From Phaeosaccion multiseriatum (taxonomy: Eukaryota > Protista > Ochrophyta, other classes), in assembly GCA_965112735.1 (NCBI GenBank), contig OZ218953.1:620001-684000 (forward strand): DNA of 64,000 bases, in the 5' to 3' direction. Positions 60,932 to 64,000 of the stretch are shown piece by piece. Below the pieces are notes generated by a model, which ran no database searches, was not told where the DNA came from, and saw only the letters and a program-made list of their open reading frames with translations. Numbering within the stretch: position 1 is the first letter of the stretch; every line of letters starts with the position of its first letter. The position numbers and the translations under genes are program-made.

Positions 60932-63900
60932 CTACCCCCTCCTGCCCACCTCGTTGAACACCAGGTAGGGTGTACTTGCCTTCCCTGAGTAACCAGCAGC
61001 CACCCGCTCCCCTCCTCCTCCTCCTCCTCCTTCTCCTCCTCCTCCTCCTCCTCCTCCTCCTCCTCCTCCCCCTCCTCCTCCCCCTCCCGCCCCGTTGACC
61101 GCATGCTCATAGATGCTCGCCATGCTGCCCACCTCCCCTCCCACGCGGAGAGAGGCGCTGTACAAGTCCCGATTCCCGTAGCCATGCCTACCCCCCGCCG
61201 TCGCATCTGCCCCGTACCCGTACGTCTCTCTGACAGAAGCGTCTTCTTCACGGCCTTCGTCGGAGCCCTCCTCCCACACCTCCGCCTCCTCTCCCTCCTC
61301 CCACGCCCCATCCTCCTCCTCCTCCTCCTCCTTCTCCTCCTCCTCCTCCTCCTCCTTCTCCTTCTCCTCCTCCTTCTCCTCCTCCTCCCCCTCCTCCTCC
61401 TCTTCCTCCTTCTCACTCCGCTCACCTTCCTCCTCACTCTCCTCGTCCTCCCCCTCCTCCTCCTCCTCCTCCTCCTCCTCCTCCTCCTCCTCCTCCTCCT
61501 CCTCCTCCTCCTCCTCACTCTCCTCCTCCTCCCCCTCCTCCCACTCCTCCTCTTCGCCTTCCTCCTCCTCGTCGTCCTCCCACTCCTCCTCTCCGACTGC
61601 TGCTCCCGCAGCCCCGCCTCCGCCTCCTCTCCCCTGCAAGTCGCCATCGCCCTCCCATGTGTCCATGTCGTGCATGTGCATGGGCAGATGCCGATCATAG
61701 TAACGGTCGAAGAAGCTGCAGTAGAGAGCCACCGTCTCCTTGGTGGTGGTGTTACTGGTCACAGCACTAAGCGAGCCTTGCTGCAGCAAGGCAGACGCCT
61801 CCTTCTCCGCCCGGCCCATACGCTGTTGATGTGTATGGCATTACATCACGACCCGATGCCACCCCCAAGGTGACACACAGAGCAATTGCAGGAGAGAGAG
61901 CGAGAGAGAGAGCGAGAGAGAGAGAGTGAGAGAGCGAGAGAGAGAGGGGGGGGGGGGAGAAAGAGGGGGGGGGGGGGGAGCGGGCACGCAGCAGAGCGAG
62001 TGTGTGTAAAGCAAATCACAAACATAATCAACCAATCAACCAACCAACCAGCCAACCAATAGACTGCGAGAAACCACCCCCCCCCTCTCTTGTTGGTCGT
62101 TCGTGTCCGTGCAAAAGCCTTCTCCTATCCACTGTCCTCGTCACGATACCCACCCACCCACGCCACGTACCCACCTGAAAGCCCTCCTCAATCTGTCCGC
62201 GCACCCCCGGCCCGTCGAGGCCCAACTCTGCCAAGGCGGGCCCAATCCCGAGCTCCTCCTCCTCCTGCCCGACAGCCACGCCACTCGTGTCCACGCCTCG
62301 CTCGGCCGCCGCAGTAAGTCTCTCGAGCTGGGCAAACACGGCTGCCGAGACAGCGAAGGCAGACACATCTTGCTGCACGCCGCGATAACGCCCCGTGGTG
62401 AGCGTGGGAGAGTAGAAGGCCCCCCTAGACAGCCGCTGAAGTTGCCGCATCATGGCTTTCACGTTCCTGCGAACGACCTCTTCGGACGGCGCGTGTGGGG
62501 AGCCCCTGTTCTCCGCTTCATCAGTTGGTGATACGCCACCACCACCACCAGCAGCAGCACCGGCGGCAGTCTTTCCTCTTCCAGGGGTTGAGTGAGCGCC
62601 AGGAGTTGCTGCTGCTGCTCCTGAACGCGGGTTCACCCTTCGCGGCGTGACAGGTGGTGCTGCCCCGTCCCCGTTACCCCAGCGAGTTACTGCTGTGGAT
62701 GTTTGTGCTCCACCACTGGCACTGGTGTTCGACCAGTTGGTTGACCAGCTGTTACCACCCACTCCTGCCCGTCTCCCGATACCCACCCCGCCCGCTATTG
62801 CACTCTCTTTCGCAGCAGCTTCCTGCATGCCTGCTCCTCCTCCCCCCTCTTGTGGTGGTGGTTGGGGTGTCTTCTCCTTCCTCTGGCCCCTTCTTCGAGG
62901 CAGCAAACCCTCTACCTCGGTGTCCACTAGGAAGGGTTGCATGTAAGCCTACCAAGACCAAGACACAGATGACAACATCGTGAGTGAGCTGATGACAACA
63001 TTGTGAGTGAGTGAGTGGACTAGAGCTAGAGAGCCTAGACGAGGAAGAAGACAGACACAGACCACAGCATCGCATCCTGACTGAGTGAACAGAGCTACTC
63101 TACTATACTCTACCCTACCCTACCCTACCCTACCCTACCCTACCCTACCCTGCCCTACCCTGCCCTACCCTGCCCTACCCTGCCCTACCCTACTCTACTC
63201 TACCCTATACCCTATCACGCAGCCACGCTGCTCCAAACACTCTCTATCCCTAGACCTCTTCCCTCAGAGTAATCAGTCAAGTTCCGCTTGAGAGTTCGAG
63301 ATGGGAAGTGCCCAGTGTGTCAAAGTCAGTCGAGTCGATCGAGTGAGATTCAGTGAGAAGGAACAGCCGAGTCAACCGAGGAGGTGAGATTCGTGGCACG
63401 CACCTCGAACTCCCTCCTGGCGTCTCCCCGCTCCTCTTCCAGCAGCGTGCTCGGCACTGCAAAGGCCTGCGCAGTTCTGTAAAACTCCTCCGGCACGCCA
63501 CTCCCGTCTGCTGCCATCTGCTGCTGCTCCCCGATGAACGGCACACCTCCCCCAAAGCCGTCTAGACCGTCCCTCCACTTCCCTCTCCGATGGCTTCCCC
63601 CTCCCATGCCTCCGGTGCTCCCCCTAACACCCCGTCCGTACCGGAGGCCCATGGCCGCCTCTTGAAGGAGGCCGACCGTCGCGGCATCGTCCTCCTCCTC
63701 ATCCTCCGGGCCATTCTCCACCTCGTCCCAAGGGCCCAGTCGGCCGAGAACGTTCCTCGCTCTCGAAGACAAGACCCGTACGTATCTTCGCAGCGGAGTG
63801 CCGTGACCACCAGCACCACCACCATCCGCGCCATCAACGCGGCTGCTTCGAAAGGGAGACGCGGAGGCAGCGTTAGAGTTGGTTCTACTCATCATACTCG

Positions 63901-64000
63901 GGGTGATGGGAGCTGTGCTGCCCTTGCTGCTGCTGCTGCTGCTGCCGTCCCTGCTGCTACTGGCCCCGCCGAAGCCGTGGAAGGACAGCGCCTTCCCCAT
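60932..64000 (-). CDS. Uncharacterised multi-exon protein with a long poly-Glu tract and Gly-rich regions (5' end at or beyond the window edge)
   Basis: Phase-0 joined exons 64000-63404, 62948-62175 and 61822-60932 read RREFE|AYMQPFL...GFQ|RMGRAEK. No domain recognised; the 3' end is uncertain. Confidence 0.55.
63095..63215. repeat. (TACCC)n/(TGCCC)n pentanucleotide microsatellite, intronic
   Basis: Directly visible. Confidence 0.9.

Noticed and set aside
60397-61873. Poly-Arg and poly-Leu ORFs
   Set aside because: Alternative frames of the GAG-rich poly-Glu exon.
63095-63215. Interstitial telomere repeat
   Set aside because: The unit is the pentamer TACCC/TGCCC, not TTAGGG or TTTAGGG, and it is intronic.

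Overview
Eukaryotic, intron- and microsatellite-rich DNA, probably from a flagellated stramenopile/ochrophyte alga (inferred from the ciliary genes, the WRKY-like C-x4-C repeat protein and the intron style). The left part holds an LRRC45-like LRR/coiled-coil gene (+, partial), a kinesin-9 (KIF9-like) gene (-) and an intronless polyQ/WRKY-like zinc-finger gene (+). About 45 kb (15.9-60.5 kb) is a cluster of four intact, spliced megasynthase genes arranged +,-,+,- (called A-D here). Each starts with a fatty-acyl-AMP-ligase-like (FAAL-like) adenylation domain, then ACP and KS. Each ends not in a thioesterase or reductase but in an ACP plus a membrane domain with three beta-helix-like repeats that resembles the terminal ligase region of epsilon-poly-L-lysine synthetase (Pls/PosA, TIGR02353-like). 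Gene A (~4915 aa) also carries one fully reducing module, which contains the only AT in the cluster. The four genes are combinatorial mosaics of two FAAL types, two KS types and two terminal-domain types, and each pair of genes shares exactly one of these parts at near identity. An uncharacterised acidic spliced gene (-) closes the window. Exon structures were derived by hand from splice signals and reading-frame phase; no database searches were run.
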